Of a stretch of 64,000 nucleotides of DNA, positions 27,232 to 40,986 are shown in pieces. Position numbers and translations under genes: made by a program. The notes beneath the pieces are model-generated. The model saw only the letters and a program-made list of their open reading frames with translations, made no database searches and was not told the DNA's origin. Within the stretch, counting starts at the first letter, position 1, and each line of letters begins with the position of its first letter. Location: the NCBI GenBank assembly GCA_010356995.1, contig ML996688.1:1240001-1304000 (forward strand). The letters are read 5' to 3'. This DNA comes from Trichodelitschia bisporula. Its lineage: Eukaryota.

Positions 27232-28117
27232 GATATGTGGATTTGACGATCTAGTTAGAATTGATGGTCTCTTTCTGACGATTGCTTTTTGTGCAGGGCA
27301 AAGTTGTCGAAGTGTGCGTTTTTGGTCGGTGGGGTTGCGGTTCCTTAGGATTCGCTCGAAGGCGAAGGAAAAGACGGTGAGCGACTCGTTCCGCACTAAA
27401 GGGTAATACACACAATTGTTTGAGCAGAGCGGAGTAAGGTGCTAGTTGTAGAATCGGATTTCCGGCGGCTCAAATATTGCTTCCAAAGCGTGCGATTAAT
27501 CTCGGAGAAAGGGGCAGCTGGCTGGTTGGGAGTTTTGATACCCATGGCATTGCCATTACATTTCCTATTCTAGCAATCTACAGAGACACACAGTGATAGT
27601 CAAACTCTTAAATAACATTGATGGTGAACAAACCAGCACTTGCCAGGTGGCTAGACCGATGCATAAAGATGCGCTGAAAAGTGAGCGGTGATGCTGCTGC
27701 GGGGAGAATATAGTTGGCGAAGGGATTGCAAATAAAATTTGTAAAAGGCAAATCAAAGTCCAGGAACAGGCAAATAATGATGGTGAGTACTTCACTAGAC
27801 TAGAATCTACAAAGCGGCTGTTACTTAGGACGGAGAAAGGGAAGCCGGTGGCCGCAAAGGTCGAAAGGCCTAAGAAGAATCGCTTTCGTGGACCTTGGCC
27901 TGTGCGCAGTTTTGTCCACTGCTAAGACCAAGACTTGCAGGGGGGTTGTGGTGAGTGGCGTTTGCGAGGACCGGTTGAAAAAGCGAAACCTCGATTTCTT
28001 AGCACCAACACTCTTCCACTACTGACTACCCCCTCACTCTCGACACAAACCCCCCTCTCTCTCTCCTACATACACAAACACGTCGGCACTTTGTCAAAGT
28101 CGTCCTCAGCAGAGATC

Positions 28118-29545
28118 ATGGCCGAACCTATTCGCAACAAGAAACTCGATCTCACTGCCCCGTAAGTCGATTTACCCCACATGATCGCATATGAATCCTG
28201 GGCGCTCGTTACTCACCTGTTTGCAAAGTACGCCTCAGAACACTCCGCTGAACGCTGCGCCCATCTCGTCGCGTGCGCAGCAGCCCGGGTTGTCGAGTCT
28301 TAAAGAAGGTTGGTACTTCCCATATCGAGTTGCTTCAAGATGGCCACTGACGGTTTTTACCCCGCACAGAGGACTTTGACAAGGCAGCGGCCGCTGGTCT
28401 GTTGGCCTCGAATCCAGCTCTGATCAACATGATGCAGGCTAAGCTTGGTTCTCTCATCGGGCGTCCTTCAGGCTACATCGAGGCATTGCCTCCTCAGGTT
28501 CGCAAGCGCGTCACTGGGCTGAAGGGCGTCCAAAAGGAGCATGCACGCCTTGAGGCCGAGTTTCAGGAAGAGGTGCTTGAACTGGAGAAGAAGTATTTCA
28601 AGAAGTTCACGCCTCTTTATGAGAAACGTGCTCGTATCGTCAACGGTCTCGAGGAACCGACTGAAGACGAAGTTTCTGCAGGTCAACAGAAGGATGAGGA
28701 GGGTGAACCCAAGATTCAAGAGTTGGAGGATACTCCCGCCGAGGATGCTTCAGAGCTGGCTCCTAAGGGCGTCCCAGAGTTCTGGCTGTCATCAATGAAG
28801 AACCAGATCTCGCTCGCCGAGATGATCACCGATCGGGATGAGGAAGCCCTCCAACATCTGGCAGACATTCGCATGGAGTACCTTGACAAGCCTGGCTTTA
28901 AGTTGATCTTCGAGTTTACCGAGAATGAGTTCTTCACCAACAAGACTCTCACCAAGACCTACTTCTACCAGGAGGAGAACGGTTATGGTGGTGATTTCAT
29001 CTACGATCATGCTGAGGGCCAGTCCATCGACTGGAAGTCTGGCAAAGATCTTACCGTTCGCATCGAGAACAAGAAGCAACGGAATAAGAGTAAGTCAACT
29101 GTTAGCGAGTGATGGCCAGCCACTAACCAGAGTCTAGATACCAAGCAGACGCGCATTGTCAAGAAGACCGTCCCTTGCGAATCTTTCTTTAACTTCTTCG
29201 CACCCCCCAAGCCGCCGGCCGGAGAGGACGACACCTCTTCCGACATCGAGGAGCGCCTGGAGTTGGACTACCAACTTGGCGAAGACATCAAGGAGAAGCT
29301 TATCCCGCGTGCCATCGATTGGTTCACCGGCGAAGCCCTCCAGTTTGAGCAATTCGACGAGCTCGATGAAGGCGAGTTTGAAGACGAGGATGATGAGGAG
29401 GATGACTTCTCCGAAGATCGTGACGAGGATGAAGAGGAGTCAGATGAAGAGGTATGTGACATCTCCCTTCCGGGGCCTAGAACTAATTCAACAGGATGAC
29501 CCGTCGAAACCCAAGCAAGAGGCTGCTGAGTGCAAGCAGAGCTAG
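28118..29545 (+). CDS. NAP1: Nucleosome assembly protein 1, multi-exon
   Basis: [47 protein letters not shown], acidic tail, C-terminal ECKQS. Confidence 0.97.
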
Positions 29546-31255
29546 GCGGCTGTGACACAATGTACGATCAATCCCATATTTACTTTGTTTTGCCCCATTC
29601 ATCCGCGTTTCTCAACCGCTCTCTATTACGTTTTGATCGTCTGTCCAATAATACTGACTGTTTAGCGGACTTGAATGGTTTGACGGAAAGGCGTTGCGGT
29701 TCATCGATGTTCATGATCTTCAGAAGACATACGAATCCGTAGTTTCTTAGATTCAGTACTAATATACGAGGGTTCCGTATGATGAAGCCAATGTGATGTA
29801 AGAAATGAAGACATCTGACGTTGATGTGCGAGCTCGGCATACATATAGTGGGAACTCGGGGATCTCATGTACTATATATTCATCTCACTTGCCCGAAGCC
29901 TATTCGCCAGCGAAATAGCGGGAAGCATTAGTACAGTTCTTACGAGAAGCTTGCAGTTGTTCGAGTAGTTGCTTCCCAGCCAGCCGTTTTCTGCCCAGTG
30001 ATACAGGGTACAAGCTTGTCGGCGGATTGGTTGAGCCGAAGCTTCTGCCAGTCAACATCCCCCAGTTATCCGACGAAGCCGCCGGGCTCTTAAATCCGTC
30101 CCCGTGGGATGCGGGGTTATGCGGGTTTGCGGGTTGGAGGAACGGCGGGCATGCTCTACATTGATGAATGCTTGCGAGGCTTTTGGGTCGAATACGCATG
30201 GCAAGTCTGAGCCAAGACGAATCGCGATGCTTACAAGAGATGCTCTTGAGGATATGATGCCCATTGTCTGCAGGGAAGCCGTACTAAACAGCCGCTTACA
30301 TGCAGGCGTCGAGGGATACAGTCTGCAGAGCTAGACATGGCCACCCCATAAGTAAGGTTAGAAGTCAAAGCTGTAACTGGCACTGGCGCAAGGAAAGGGT
30401 TGCCGTGGATAACCGCCCGTGCGGGATACATAAAGAGGGAATTGAGGTAAGTGGCGGGGCATGGTGGGGAAGAAGCTGCGACGAGGGAAAATGCCTTGAA
30501 AGTGTTGATGCTTGATAAAAATGCCTGGCGGCTTACTGATGCGACCATCATGGCCGACCCTCCGCCTCAGTCATCAGGGTGGGTAGTGGATATCTCTCAC
30601 AGGTGTATTTAGAGGGACTGCGGAGTACGGAGTAGCCAGTCATTATCCCTAAGTCCGTGTGAAGAAACGGCATTTCCTCCCCTCTTCCTCTATTTGCTTC
30701 TCTCTTCATTCAAAGGCTGTCTGGGAAGGTCGTCTACAGTATCCCCCCAGAGTCTCGAGTCACAGCTGCCCCTCCATTTTGCTTCTTCCTCATCGCTTCT
30801 CTGACGCCACAAGAAGAAAGGTCTCTGGCCTATTTCGTCTGAGCTTAAAACCGCCCGCACCCCACATTGCCCCTCCACGCTGCATTTCGTAACGTCACAA
30901 GGACCCTAGGGGAGCTCAACACAAGTTGCAGCACGGCAAGTCTCCACCCCCAAAAACTGCTACCTACCCGCCGTGCCCGCCGTGCCCGCATCGACTCAGA
31001 CCCCACTTCACATTTCCCACCGCCACCGGGCACCGCAGCTGCACTTCACTACACTACAGTAATCACCATCGCCCCCGCCCCCCTCTTTACCTTCTGCTTC
31101 CCGCAAACCCACTTCGCCTTTCAACACTCAATTCCACTACCGGGAGCTCCCGCCTTTCGGTATCTAGTAGCTGCGAAACTCGTGCCCTCACACCGCCCAA
31201 TCGGCTTCTGTTCTTACCTTCTGTTCCCAATTACCCCTCCTTCTGCGTGGGCGCC

Positions 31256-33252
31256 ATGGCTGGCTCCAGCACCTTCATCTCGCCCGATGTCGAGCATACC
31301 CCTGGGTAAGTCTCCCTATTCTCGCAGTATCTTCTTTACTATTTGTGCCCTTCTTTGGATCGCGAAACTGGATTGCGAACTGCCGTCATGTTTTGCGACT
31401 GGGGGTTCGCGCATACGTCATGATCCCATCTGTGAGGTGCAGTGGTGGTGTCCGAGCTCACTAACTTCTCGGGGGCGTCTTTAGCAACGTGGAGCTAAAG
31501 GACAACACTGTGATCATAGTGTTAGGCGCCTCTGGAGACCTGGCGAAGAAGAAGACAGTAAGTCCATGTAGCATCCACTTAGCCCACTACTAACGCGAAT
31601 AACAGTTCCCTGCCCTATTCGGCCTCGTACGTCCCGCGCCGTGCCCATTGGCACATTAGACTGACTGCTATAAAGTTCCGCAACGGTTTCCTTCCCAAAG
31701 ATGTCCATATCGTTGGGTATGCCCGTACGAAGATGGACCATACGGAATACCTTAAGCGGGTCAAGTCATATATCAAGACGCCAACCAAGGACATGGAGGA
31801 GCAGCTAGGGAAGTTCTGCTCTCTCTGCACCTATATCGCTGGGCAGTACGATCAGGATGAGTCCTTTATCAACCTCACAAACCACCTCGAGAAGTTGGAG
31901 GGAGACCGGAAAGAGAATCATCGCATCTTCTACATGGCGCTCCCTCCCAGCGTCTTCATCACCGTCTCGCAGCACCTGAAGCGGAACTGTTATCCTAATA
32001 ATGGCATTTCCCGCGTCATTGTACGTGAGTCGACGCCTTGCCTGCAGCTGCTGACAGGTTTTAGGTTGAAAAGCCCTTCGGTAAAGACTTGAAGAGCGCG
32101 CGTGAGCTGCAGCGAGCTCTTGCTCCGGACTGGAAGGAAGACGAAATCTACCGAATCGACCATTACCTCGGAAAGGAGATGGTAAAGAACCTCCTTATTC
32201 TGCGGTTTGGCAACGAATTCTTTGGCGCTACGTGGAACAGAAACCACATCGACAATGTTCAGATTTCCTTCAAGGAGCCTTTTGGAACGGAGGGCCGTGG
32301 CGGCTACTTCGACGAATTTGGCATCATTCGGGATGTCATGCAAAATCGTGGGTCAATTGCTTCTCGGAGTATCCGTGTCTAACCATGTGTAGACTTGCTC
32401 CAGATCCTGACACTTTTATGTATGGAACGGCCTCTTTCTTTCTCGCCTGAAGATATTCGGGATGAGAAGGTGAGGGTCCTCCGTGCTATGCCTGCCATTG
32501 AGCCCAAGAACGTCATCATTGGGCAGTACGGCAGATCGTTGGACGGCAGCAAGCCCGCTTACAAAGATGACGATTCTGTTCCAAAGGAGTCGCGGTGTCC
32601 CACTTTCGCATCCATGGTCGCCTACATCAAGAATGAGCGGTGGGACGGCGTGCCTTTCATCCTGAAGGCCGGCAAAGGTGAGACCCAAACATATTCTTAA
32701 TGTTGAAGCTAACTTTCCAGCTCTGAACGAGCAGAAGACCGAGGTCCGCATCCAGTTTAAGGATGTGACGTCGGGTATCTTTAAGGATATTCCCCGGAAC
32801 GAGCTGGTGATTCGTGTGCAGCCTAACGAGTCCGTCTACATCAAAATGAACTCCAAGCTCCCCGGTCTCTCCATGCAGACGGTTGTGACGGAGCTTGACC
32901 TGACATATCGACGCCGCTTCTCCGACTTGAAGATTCCGGAGGCCTATGAGAGTCTCATCTTGGACGCCTTGAAGGGCGACCATTCCAACTTTGTCCGCGA
33001 CGACGAACTTGATGCCAGCTGGAGGATTTTCACTCCGCTGCTCCACTACCTTGACGAGAACAAGGAGATCCATCCCATGGAATATCCCTACGGTAAGCAA
33101 GTCAACCTGTGATTCAACATACGCTGACCCCTCTAGGCTCTCGTGGCCCTGCTGTGCTGGACGATTTCACCGCGTCGTACGGCTACAAGTTCAGCGATGC
33201 CGCTAACTACCAGTGGCCGGTTACCTCGGCGGCTCCACCGGAGAAGCTCTAA
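31256..33252 (+). CDS. ZWF1: Glucose-6-phosphate 1-dehydrogenase, multi-exon
   Basis: [64 protein letters not shown]. Confidence 0.98.
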
Positions 33253-33620
33253 GGGACGGATCCTGAGTTATCCCCTTCTCGGCTGGTGCGACGCGCGCGC
33301 CACCAGAGTAACGAGCTGATGGTTTTGATGAGATCACGCCGCTTTATGTCAGTGAAGTGGGAAAGGTAGATAAGGAAAGTCAAATGATCACACGGCTCGC
33401 TCCCCTCTACGCAGGCAATAGACGATATGGTTCCGGACTAGGAATAGGGTTTCATTATCACGATGGAAGCGTAAACAGGGGGGGTCAAATAGCCGTCTGA
33501 GTTCAAGTCTTTGCCTTTTTCATTATGATGATCTTTGTTTCCACGCGAGAAAAGCTTTCCTGACCAAACCATTCTATGCCTGTGGGACTGTGAGTTGAAA
33601 CGATACCTCTGCTCACTACT

Positions 33621-35016
33621 CTACCACAACCACCCTACCCGCCGAACAAGGAAGCTGAGTCCCCCAAGCAAGGCCGAAACACCGGTAAAGGTTATGAGGG
33701 GCCCATATCCCGTCCCGTACGCCATGCCACCCTCACCGATCCATGGCTTTCCCCTCACCAATGCTTCGCTCAGTGGTCCACTCACTACGTTCCCAACACC
33801 TCTCCCAAACGCTAAAAACCCAAACACTATGCCACTGTCGGCCTCGTGGTGCTTACGCTGCACATCTTTGATGATTCCCGTCCATGTACTGCTGAAGCTC
33901 CCGGCGAACAGCCCATATACGACGCAGAAGATGTACAGCACCCCCAAATTTGTCGCCAGGCCCCACAACACAAACACACCAACAGTAGCCCCAACCGTCG
34001 AAACTAAGATACATGTAGTAACATGCCAGCGATCGATCATGCCTCCCATTACAATGCACCCAAACACACTCGCAATGTTAACCGCAATGACAGTCAGTGC
34101 AGCACGTACGCCCCCAACGCCCAACCCCTCGCTCGCATAGGTGGGCAGATAAATAGCGGGCATGAAGTAACCGAGCGACTCGAGGATATTACAGGCCTGC
34201 AGCACGATAAAGCTGGGGGAGAGCATGAAGCGCAAATCGAAGAGGGGGCCGCTGGAATGCTGGCGCGGCTGGGCCTGTGTGAGTGGCACGCGGGGCTTGA
34301 CGAAAGTGGAAAGAGGGAGGGTGAGGATACTAAGCGCGATGGCCCATATGCGAAGGGTGGTGCGGAAGCCGTAGCGTGCGAGAAGGGCCTGGAGGACGAG
34401 GGGAAGGACGACGCCGGCGACACCGGTGCCAGCCCACATGAAGCCGAAGGCCATGCCGCGCTTTTTGATGAACCATTCATTGACGAAGAGGATGGTTGGC
34501 GAATAGGCGATGCTGCCGCCGATGGCGTATAGAATGCCTTGGGTGAGGATTAGGTGCGTCACATTTTGACTGAAGGAGGATAGGACGAGGGCGGTGGCCA
34601 TGATGACGATGCCGATTACGACGGCTGGGCGGCGAAGGCGGGGCCATTTTTGGAGAGAGGCGAAGACGAAGGGTGCATCGAGGTACATGATTCCCTTTCA
34701 CGATTAGTGATCGTTGGATTCGGTGCGATGGAGAGCATACCATGCCACATGTGCCGATGACGGCAATGTTCTTTGAGCCAGCGAAGAGAGGATTCGAGCT
34801 GTAGTGCTCCTGGAAAATACCAAAAGTGTATGGGAACCCCCAGATGGTGGCTTCAAACATGAAGCAGGCTATCAAAAAGAGCCATGCGTCTTTGCCGCCA
34901 TCTGGAGGCGGAACCGGCCGCCCTGTAATATGAGCCGGTTCGAAGTTGTCTTCAGCGAAGACAACTTCACGATGCCCGTCAACGGCGGTGAGCTCGACAG
35001 AGCTTTCGTTGCGCAT
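33621..35016 (-). CDS. MFS monocarboxylate-transporter-like protein (Mch family), 2 exons
   Basis: PPPDGGKDAWLFL, FGIFQEHY, EWFIKKRGMAFG, LGYFMPAIYLPTYA, GRGVGNVVSGPL; hydrophobic multi-TM profile. Confidence 0.92.
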
Positions 35017-35520
35017 TTGATCGGAGGGTGTTTGGCGGGACTGATTGAATCAATCGCAAAGGTTAAAGCTGCTGAATAGGTCGAAAATGACTTGGGACAG
35101 CCTCATAGTTAAACTCTTTTATCTCATCGCCACCCCCCTTGTCATATGCTGACTTGCGCCCTACATGTCGATCAGCGCTAGTATAGTGCACTAGCATCCT
35201 TCAGATCGCTTAGACAGGCATTCTTTTCCATGAGCCCTACCGTACATAGTACTGTGGACCCCATTTCGGTCATGGTCCAGACTTTAACGTCAAGATTTCA
35301 TGAACTTCATAGTGGGTCGCGCCTATCGTCGGATCAGCGAGGAGTCTTCGAAAGCCTGGATCACACTTCGTTTCTGGAGCTCAGTTGAAAAATATGGTCA
35401 GATTGGTACAGGTCGTAGAGCTGAGGTGGGCATGCCGTGTGGAGTGAACCATTCTAAGCTAAAAAGGCTGCTCGCGGAAACGCTGACCCGTTCAAAGCAG
35501 ATACCGCTACATCCTGACAC

Positions 35521-37687
35521 CTACAACAGACTCTTGACTCCGGCAGCCCGTGACTTCAGCTGATCCCAATCGCACCTCTTGTACAAGACATATCCCTCTC
35601 CATCTATTTCAGGGTTCGGGTGTCCGAGTATCGCCGGCCACCAGTACAACATGTCGTTGCCCGCTTCTCGCGCATCCTCAACGTCCTTGTCCTCGCCATA
35701 AACCAGCGTCGGATCGATCCCCTCTCGCTTCAGGGGAGTCTTATTCTGCTTGTTGTTATGCATCGGTCTTGCCCCCGGCTGCAAGCGCAGAAACACCGGC
35801 ACCGCATACTTCGGCAGATGCTTCTGTGCGTGGGCCAATAGACCATCAAAGAAAGCAGCCGTCGGCTGCATGCCCGCACCGAGGTGAATGGCGGCACACC
35901 CCGCCCGTCCGTCATGCCCAGGAATCTCGACCCCGTACACGATGGCCTCCGCTACGCCTTCAAACTGTCCCAGCACTTGAGCCACCTCGGCTGTGGCCAC
36001 GTTCTCGCTCTTCCACCGGAACGTGTCACCCAGGCGGTCGAGGAAGAACCAGCGCCCGTCGTTGTCGCGACGCAACGCATCTCCAGTGCGGTACCATATG
36101 TCACCCTTTCGGAAGAGATTCCGGGTGAACTTCTTGTCCGTTGCTTCTGGGTTATTCCAGTATCCCGGGAACGCCTCTGGACTGTCCACCTGCACAATGA
36201 TCTCGCCACCTTCGTCAAGCGTCTTTCGGCGCCCAAATCCAGTTTTCGGATCGCGGTACAGCTCACCGGTATCGTGGTCAATCTCGCCAGCAACATAGTA
36301 GTCGCGATATTTCCAGCGCAGTATCGCACCGTGGTGGCCGACGCATGCTTGGAAAAACGGGCCTGCCAAGTTAGTCATGGAAGAATACAAGGCGGGAGTC
36401 TCGCCTCGGCACACGTTCAGTAGCACCAGCATGCCCTCAGTGCTGTTAAAAAACTCGGCTACCGTGTCAATTCCAAACCGTTCCTGGAATCGCTTCCACA
36501 CATCCGGTCGGAGGCCATTCCCGAACATGACAGTGACCTTGTGGTCCTTATCGCGTGGTGAAGGTGGCGCCGAGAGCAGGTACCGCGCGGTCTCGCCAAC
36601 GTACACAAATGCTGTGGAACCAGAATCACGAATGTCATGCCAGAAGCGACTGGTGCTGTACCGTTTGCCGATGCACAGCGTAACCCCGGTCAGCATACAC
36701 GTTATGGCTACTGTTCCGCCCGTGCCATGATACATGGGCATACAGTCGTAGTAACGGCTGCCATTCGGCCCAGGGACGATGCCGAAGTTGTTGGCACGAG
36801 GACTTGCGAGAAAGTGACCGCGAGTGGTGTGAAAAGCTACGGCTTTAGGTTGCCCGGTGGAGCCGCTGTACAAGTTAGGCTTATCACCCATACTGTAAAG
36901 AAGACTGACCTGGTGTAGATCAGAGCGAATGGAAAGGTTGTGGGAAGCTTGCTCCGAAGAGAATCTGGAGGCCGAATGGGTTCAAGGGAATTGATGTGAG
37001 CCTTCGTTGCAGCATCCAGAACTATGATTTTGACACCCAGCGCCTCCAGCTCGTCTCTCACTTCTTCAATGCGAGCCTGCACCTCCGGCTCCCAGTCGAC
37101 GATGATGCTCTTCGCGCCGCTCAACTTGATGCAGTGCATCAAGGCGTCTCCCCCAAGATGGTGATTGAGCATTGCGGGGGCTGATGCAATGGCCCAAAGG
37201 CCGAGCAACGAAAATATGAATTCGGCCGAATTGGTGAGGTAGAAGGAGGACAGCTCGCGGGGCTTGATCCCCTGTGAGAGGAAGAATTGAGCATAGCGGA
37301 GCACCTGGTCGTACGCTGCAGACCATGTGTAGCTCCCCTCGCGAGACCAGATGCAAAGTTCATTGGGGTAAGATGCAAGGCGCTTCGCGGTGTCTTCGAA
37401 GCGGTAAAAGAGGCTCATGCGATCAGTCTTGACTAGAAGAGTTTAGGAGAGCACGGTCAGATGGATTCAGGACGCACTCATTTGGGCGAGAGTCTCTTCA
37501 TTCTCCTTGAATATCTTGACACTGTTGATGTCCTTGGTGATGTGGAATTTGGCATTGAGGTAAGCTGCTGCAGCTGTCGCGCCTGCTGCAGCGGCCGCAG
37601 CGGTTACTTTGGAGAGTCAGCAAGCTGCCCATCACAACAAGCTCCGACAGAGAAAGAAAGGCAAGAAAGGGGCATACCTAGAGGCAT
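35521..37687 (-). CDS. Fatty-acid transport protein / very-long-chain acyl-CoA synthetase (FATP/Fat1-like), 5 exons
   Basis: MPL|VTAAAAAAGATAAAAYLNAKF, LIYTSGSTGQPKA AMP-binding motif, GNGLRPDVW, EFFNSTEG, RTGDALR..FLDRLGDTFRWKSENV, GHDGRAGCA. Confidence 0.93.
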
Positions 37688-38996
37688 TGTGCTTGCTTCT
37701 TCCGAAGGACACAAGTTTTGAGGTGGTGAGTGCGCGCGCCAGCTTCGTGCGTTCGTTCACACGCGCGATGTCTGAAATAAGAGGGACAACAACCCAACGG
37801 CGGACTGCTCAGATCTGCAAGAAAAACAAACACATCATAGCATCAACGAACTCCTTTTGGAGCGCAGGCATACATGGCCGGTTGTAACTTTGACAACTTA
37901 ACCTCGGAACAAGGTCAACCTGTCACAGCAACTGCGTCGCAGGACAGCTGCCCCTCCAACGGCATCCCAAACCCCGCGCTAATCGAGCTGCACATCCCAG
38001 TTCGGTAGAGCCTCACGGGAGTCGGAAGCAGCGGTTACTGGCTCATGGGGAACGAGGAACCTGTCCTTATTCTGGGGGTAATGCCGGGGACCAAGGAAGG
38101 CTCAGGGCAGGTTGAAGAAGTGGTTGTTGACTTCTGCCCCAAGATTGGCTTAGGCCCATACCTGTAACTTTCCTTCGGACTCGAATTGGCTAAAGCTGCA
38201 GCTTGGACCAGGAGACCTTCCATCGCACTAACTTCCTGCCGAACCGTCAACCGCCGCCGGACCCCTCACCGACCCACTTCGTCAAGAGCCACATTCGACG
38301 TCAACGGTCAGTACATAGTACGCCCTAGAACTAAATGCCTTCTTTGCATGAAGCTGCAGTCCAGCTGCCGGTGTAGACTAGGTAAGCAGGCAGCTGGCAG
38401 CTGGTGCCTGCTAGCTCAAAACATCGCGACCCATCTGGTCGACTGAACATTCTCACTGGGCAGTACTGTGGAGAAAGTATGTAGTGATTCAACTCTCGAA
38501 AGCAACAGCCTACCCTGATAGAAGGGTGATCTGATTTTCCGCCATAACGCATCTGAACTAGGCTGGCGGTGAGATGCTGGCCGTTCAAGCCGTCATTTGG
38601 TCAGTGGCCAATGGAGTCTGCAGGCCCAATATCTCGGCCGAGGATATCTTCATATTTGGCGTGCAGGGATATTCGACTAGAACTACATCCCGTAACATTC
38701 TGGACTCTTAGGATGCCCATCTCGGCGTAGAGATAGACCGTGCAGAAATTGAGGGGCTCAGCTGCTGTTGGAGGATCCAACGCTTGTCGAATACCCAGGG
38801 AGACATTCAGTCAATCCCGCAGGACATGCAACATCATGCACGGGACAGAATGCGGCAGTGCAGTAATGGTCGATGAGGCTGCTGTAGGTGCCATGTGGTC
38901 ATTAGATGCTCGTCGCGATCTATAACTTGTGAGATATATTGAGCAATGTCAAAAATGGTTCAAAAGGTAGATATGTAATGATATCCAATTGAACTC

Positions 38997-39025
38997 TTGA
39001 GGTTGAGGTTGAGGTTGAGGTTGAG
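38997..39025 (+). repeat. (TTGAGG)n hexamer microsatellite, ~5 units
   Basis: ttgaggttgaggttgaggttgaggttgag. Confidence 0.85.
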
Positions 39026-40420
39026 CTTTCATAAGGCCTGAAAGGCTGAGGCGGAGTTTGACGTTTTGTTAGGGTCGCCTAATGACGTACCTCAACTGGG
39101 GGCACTCGTGTTAAGGGTTTGCATTACGGTAGGAACCTGAAAAGTCAGTGGGCGCATCATGCAACTAAAAACAGTCTTGGTATTTGGAAGATGAAGCTCC
39201 GAGGGAGATCGCGAAGCAAAAGGGCAGCTGAACATGAAAGTCTCCTCCCTTTGTCATCAAGCCCACAGCAATCTCCAAAATTGGCAGGATACCAGCAAGG
39301 TACTATTTCGAGGCCAAATTATTAGAGACAGCGTCTACGGAGTAACAAGGCAGCTGGTCGAAGATTTGCGCAGCTGGCGGCATATTCGGAGTTCAAGTCT
39401 TGACCTTGAAGCAAGGAACTGGCCATGAATGATGATTTCCTGTGTACTGTCAGCACTTGCAGACTTGACTGTTTGTAGGATGCGGAGCGGAAACATTCTG
39501 TGCTCGAAAGTAAAAGCACGGCTATGTAAATGCCCCAAATTGCATATTGAACGGTTCCTGAGCATTGCAGAAGTCCATGTTGGATTGCAGTGCCCACGCA
39601 AGTGGCAGCACGTATCTATATATAGAAGATCACGTGTAATGGTCGGAGCGGGGTTAAGCTCGTCGTTCGCGCCCATTGTAGTCTAGTGCTCCCGGAATAC
39701 CCTCGCTCAGTGGATCCTCCGCTCATCAGCACCAGCCACTGATGGCGCCTTGAAACGTCGTGTTTTCCCCGAGATAGAATCGTTCTCCATTTTCCCCGCC
39801 GCAGTTCTTCCAATCGTCGTCTGGAAGTGAAGACGTGCCTTGCAGATCCAATCCTCCCGCTGCGTCCCGTCGACCGACGTCCAAGCCTCAAGCACGTCTC
39901 CACTTGCGGTCGTTGATGAGCAGAGCCTCATTCGTCGTGGACAACCTCACTCCATCTCCACCACCGCGGCCCTATGCTTCGCGTTATCGCCAGAGTCTAT
40001 CTATTTTTTCTCCGAGTCCTCCAAAAGCCCATAGGGAATGCTCCGCGCAAGGCCGTGGCTGCATCATGACGACGACCGGCAACCCGGAATCTCCAGCTAG
40101 GGCGTCTAGCTTCATCAACCACCGTCCAGTACTCTTTCGTACTGCCAGCACTCTCCCAAATGGCTCATCGCTTGATTTCAAGTGCCTATGGGAGTTATCG
40201 GTGTGATGACCTGTAGTCTGGACATCGCGATTTGCAGTGTAGGCAGAAGCCGCTCGCTCGCTGCCTTCCCCACACCGGAACCCTTGTCTTCAGCCTTTCG
40301 ATGCATGACGCCCAACTTTGCGTCGCTTGCGTCTGCTTTCTCGCCCTTTGAGGGCCTTGACAGACTTGGCATTTTGTATCACAAACCGAACCTCTCTGTA
40401 TCGTTTCTCGATGTTTGCCA

Positions 40421-40472
40421 CGCGATCACAAAGGTGGGAAATGCGCGACCACAAAGGTGGGAAAGGCGCGAC
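40421..40472 (+). repeat. 23-bp tandem duplication (~2.3 copies)
   Basis: CGCGATCACAAAGGTGGGAAATG / CGCGACCACAAAGGTGGGAAAGG / CGCGAC. Confidence 0.85.
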
Positions 40473-40986
40473 TAGGCACTTCGGCCTTTCTGTAAGGCCC
40501 TGAGTCACGAGAAGTAAGACTATCCAGCTCACAGCGTATCGTCAACTTCATTCGCTACCTTGCCCCGGTTCCTCGAAGGACTCTACCATGAGCTCAGGGT
40601 GCAGTTGTCCTTTTGCCTGGAGCTACGCTGCGAGTTACGCTCCTCAAGAAGCATATAAAATGCTCCCTGGATATCGCGTCTCGCCACGATTGAACTACCA
40701 TTCTTGCTTGTTCGGGCATCTGCTGCTTTGTTCATCAATTCTGCGCCACAGATTTCTTGCCTTGAAGGTGGCTGTGATCTGACTCGTCCTGCCTCACTAG
40801 CCACAGCCTTGCCCACCAACAATAGCGCCAGTCAAGTATAGTCTGTGAGCATTGCAATGTGTGAACGCTTATCATCAGGCGTTTAAAGAATCACTCAATC
40901 CGTTCTAATTCAGATCAGGTCAGATCATCCCGTCCCGTCCTGTCCCATCGCGTGTCGAACGTCAGCATCAGGCTCCAAGCTTCGTC

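Noticed and set aside
29900..30551. Minus-strand GTAAGC donors and short ORFs divergent from G6PD
   Set aside because: No consistent reading frame could be built; one candidate intron is implausibly short.
30867..31484. 205-aa ORF overlapping the G6PD 5' region
   Set aside because: Starts at TTG and spans the pyrimidine-rich leader and intron 1; no protein-like features.
33241..33252. G6PD ending in -EKL (and FATP ending in -SLL) as peroxisomal PTS1 signals
   Set aside because: Neither fits the [SAC][KRH][LM] consensus, and there is no TGA-CTA readthrough context.
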